Source: an uncultured Faecalitalea sp. (GTDB lineage Bacteria; Bacillota_I; Bacilli_A; Erysipelotrichales; Erysipelotrichaceae). Taken from it: a DNA stretch of 64,000 nt. How positions within the stretch are numbered: position 1 is the first letter of the stretch; each line of letters starts with the position of its first letter. Below are positions 63,251 to 64,000 of the stretch, in pieces. Below the pieces are notes generated by a model that had not been told where the DNA came from, did no database searches, and saw only the letters and a program-made list of their open reading frames with translations. The translations under genes and the position numbers were made by a program. Where the stretch lies: the NCBI GenBank assembly GCA_946408025.1, contig CAMJQJ010000001.1, positions 2,109 through 66,108 on the forward strand, written 5' to 3'.

Positions 63251-63946
63251 TTACTTCATCATACCTTCAATTAAATCATAAGTTTTAACTGGATCTTCAC
63301 TCTTAGTGATCGAACGTCCGACAACAATATAGTCACAGCCTTGTTCGTTTGCATAATCTGGTGTTGCGACACGTTTTTGATCATCTTTAGAATCAGATGC
63401 TAAACGAATGCCTGGAGTAACTGTTAAAAAATCATTTCCACAAGCTTCATGGATTGCTTTTGCTTCATGAACAGAACATACAACTCCATCCAATCCTGCA
63501 GCTTTCGCGTTTTTAGCGTATTTAATTACACTATCCATTACTTCTCCAGGAATTCCCAATTCATCATTCATCATCTCTTTAGAAGTTGAAGTTAACTGAG
63601 TAACTCCAATACATAATGGTCGTTTATTCCCGTTTGCTCCAATTTCAAGTCCTTCTACAGCTGCTTTCATCATTGCGATTCCACCTGCACAATGAACATT
63701 AACGATGTCTACACCTAAATTTGCAAGGTTTTTCATTCCGCCCTTTACTGTGTTTGGAATGTCATGTAATTTTAAGTCCAAGAAAATGTGGTGTCCCATT
63801 GCTTTTACAGTTTGTATGATATCCAAACCGCATGCATAAGTTAACTCCATACCAATTTTTACATAAATAGGTTTGTCAAATTTGTTTAAGAAATTTACTA
63901 CTTCTTCTTTGCTGGAAAAATCCAACGCTACAATAGTACGTGACAT
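63251..63946 (-). CDS. pyrF: Orotidine-5'-phosphate decarboxylase
   Basis: VALDF, FLDLKLHDIPNTV, VTPGIR, VVGRSIT. Confidence 0.97.
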   Translation of the reverse strand: MSRTIVALDFSSKEEVVNFLNKFDKPIYVKIGMELTYACGLDIIQTVKAMGHHIFLDLKLHDIPNTVKGGMKNLANLGVDIVNVHCAGGIAMMKAAVEGLEIGANGNKRPLCIGVTQLTSTSKEMMNDELGIPGEVMDSVIKYAKNAKAAGLDGVVCSVHEAKAIHEACGNDFLTVTPGIRLASDSKDDQKRVATPDYANEQGCDYIVVGRSITKSEDPVKTYDLIEGMMK

Positions 63947-64000
63947 TATTTAAAACTCCTTCCTATAGCTTCGCTAATATTATTATATCCATATTTTTTC

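Overview
Low-GC Firmicutes chromosome segment; gene content and composition suggest a gut Erysipelotrichaceae-like organism (inference). Four parts. (1) 1-10.8 kb: a PRD/BglG-type regulator divergent from a Lac/Cel-family PTS. Its IIC-IIB pair is present twice as an apparently identical 1,733-bp repeat, followed by an unusual all-redox cluster (3 TIGR03792-like barrel proteins, 2 Fe-S flavoproteins, 2 SDRs, 2 RibD-like reductases). (2) 10.84-40.88 kb: a tandem stack of islands at the 3' end of guaA, marked by five copies of the guaA terminal codons. It holds a low-GC integrative mobilizable element (Shedu, Sau3AI-like R-M with Vsr, Hachiman, nuclease-SIR2 fusion), an integrase-less satellite with a Cap4-nuclease-STAND NTPase gene, and a higher-GC, GATC-depleted element with an AviRb-like rRNA methyltransferase. 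(3) 40.9-54.6 kb: guaA, HAD, uracil permease, two tRNA-Arg, guanine deaminase and a second PTS operon whose two GH1 enzymes both have Gln instead of the acid/base Glu (the myrosinase signature). (4) 54.8-64 kb: corA, a polyamine ABC operon with an insertion in PotA, DUF368, a catalytically degenerate malQ and pyrF. All family calls are by-eye motif recognition; no database searches were run.
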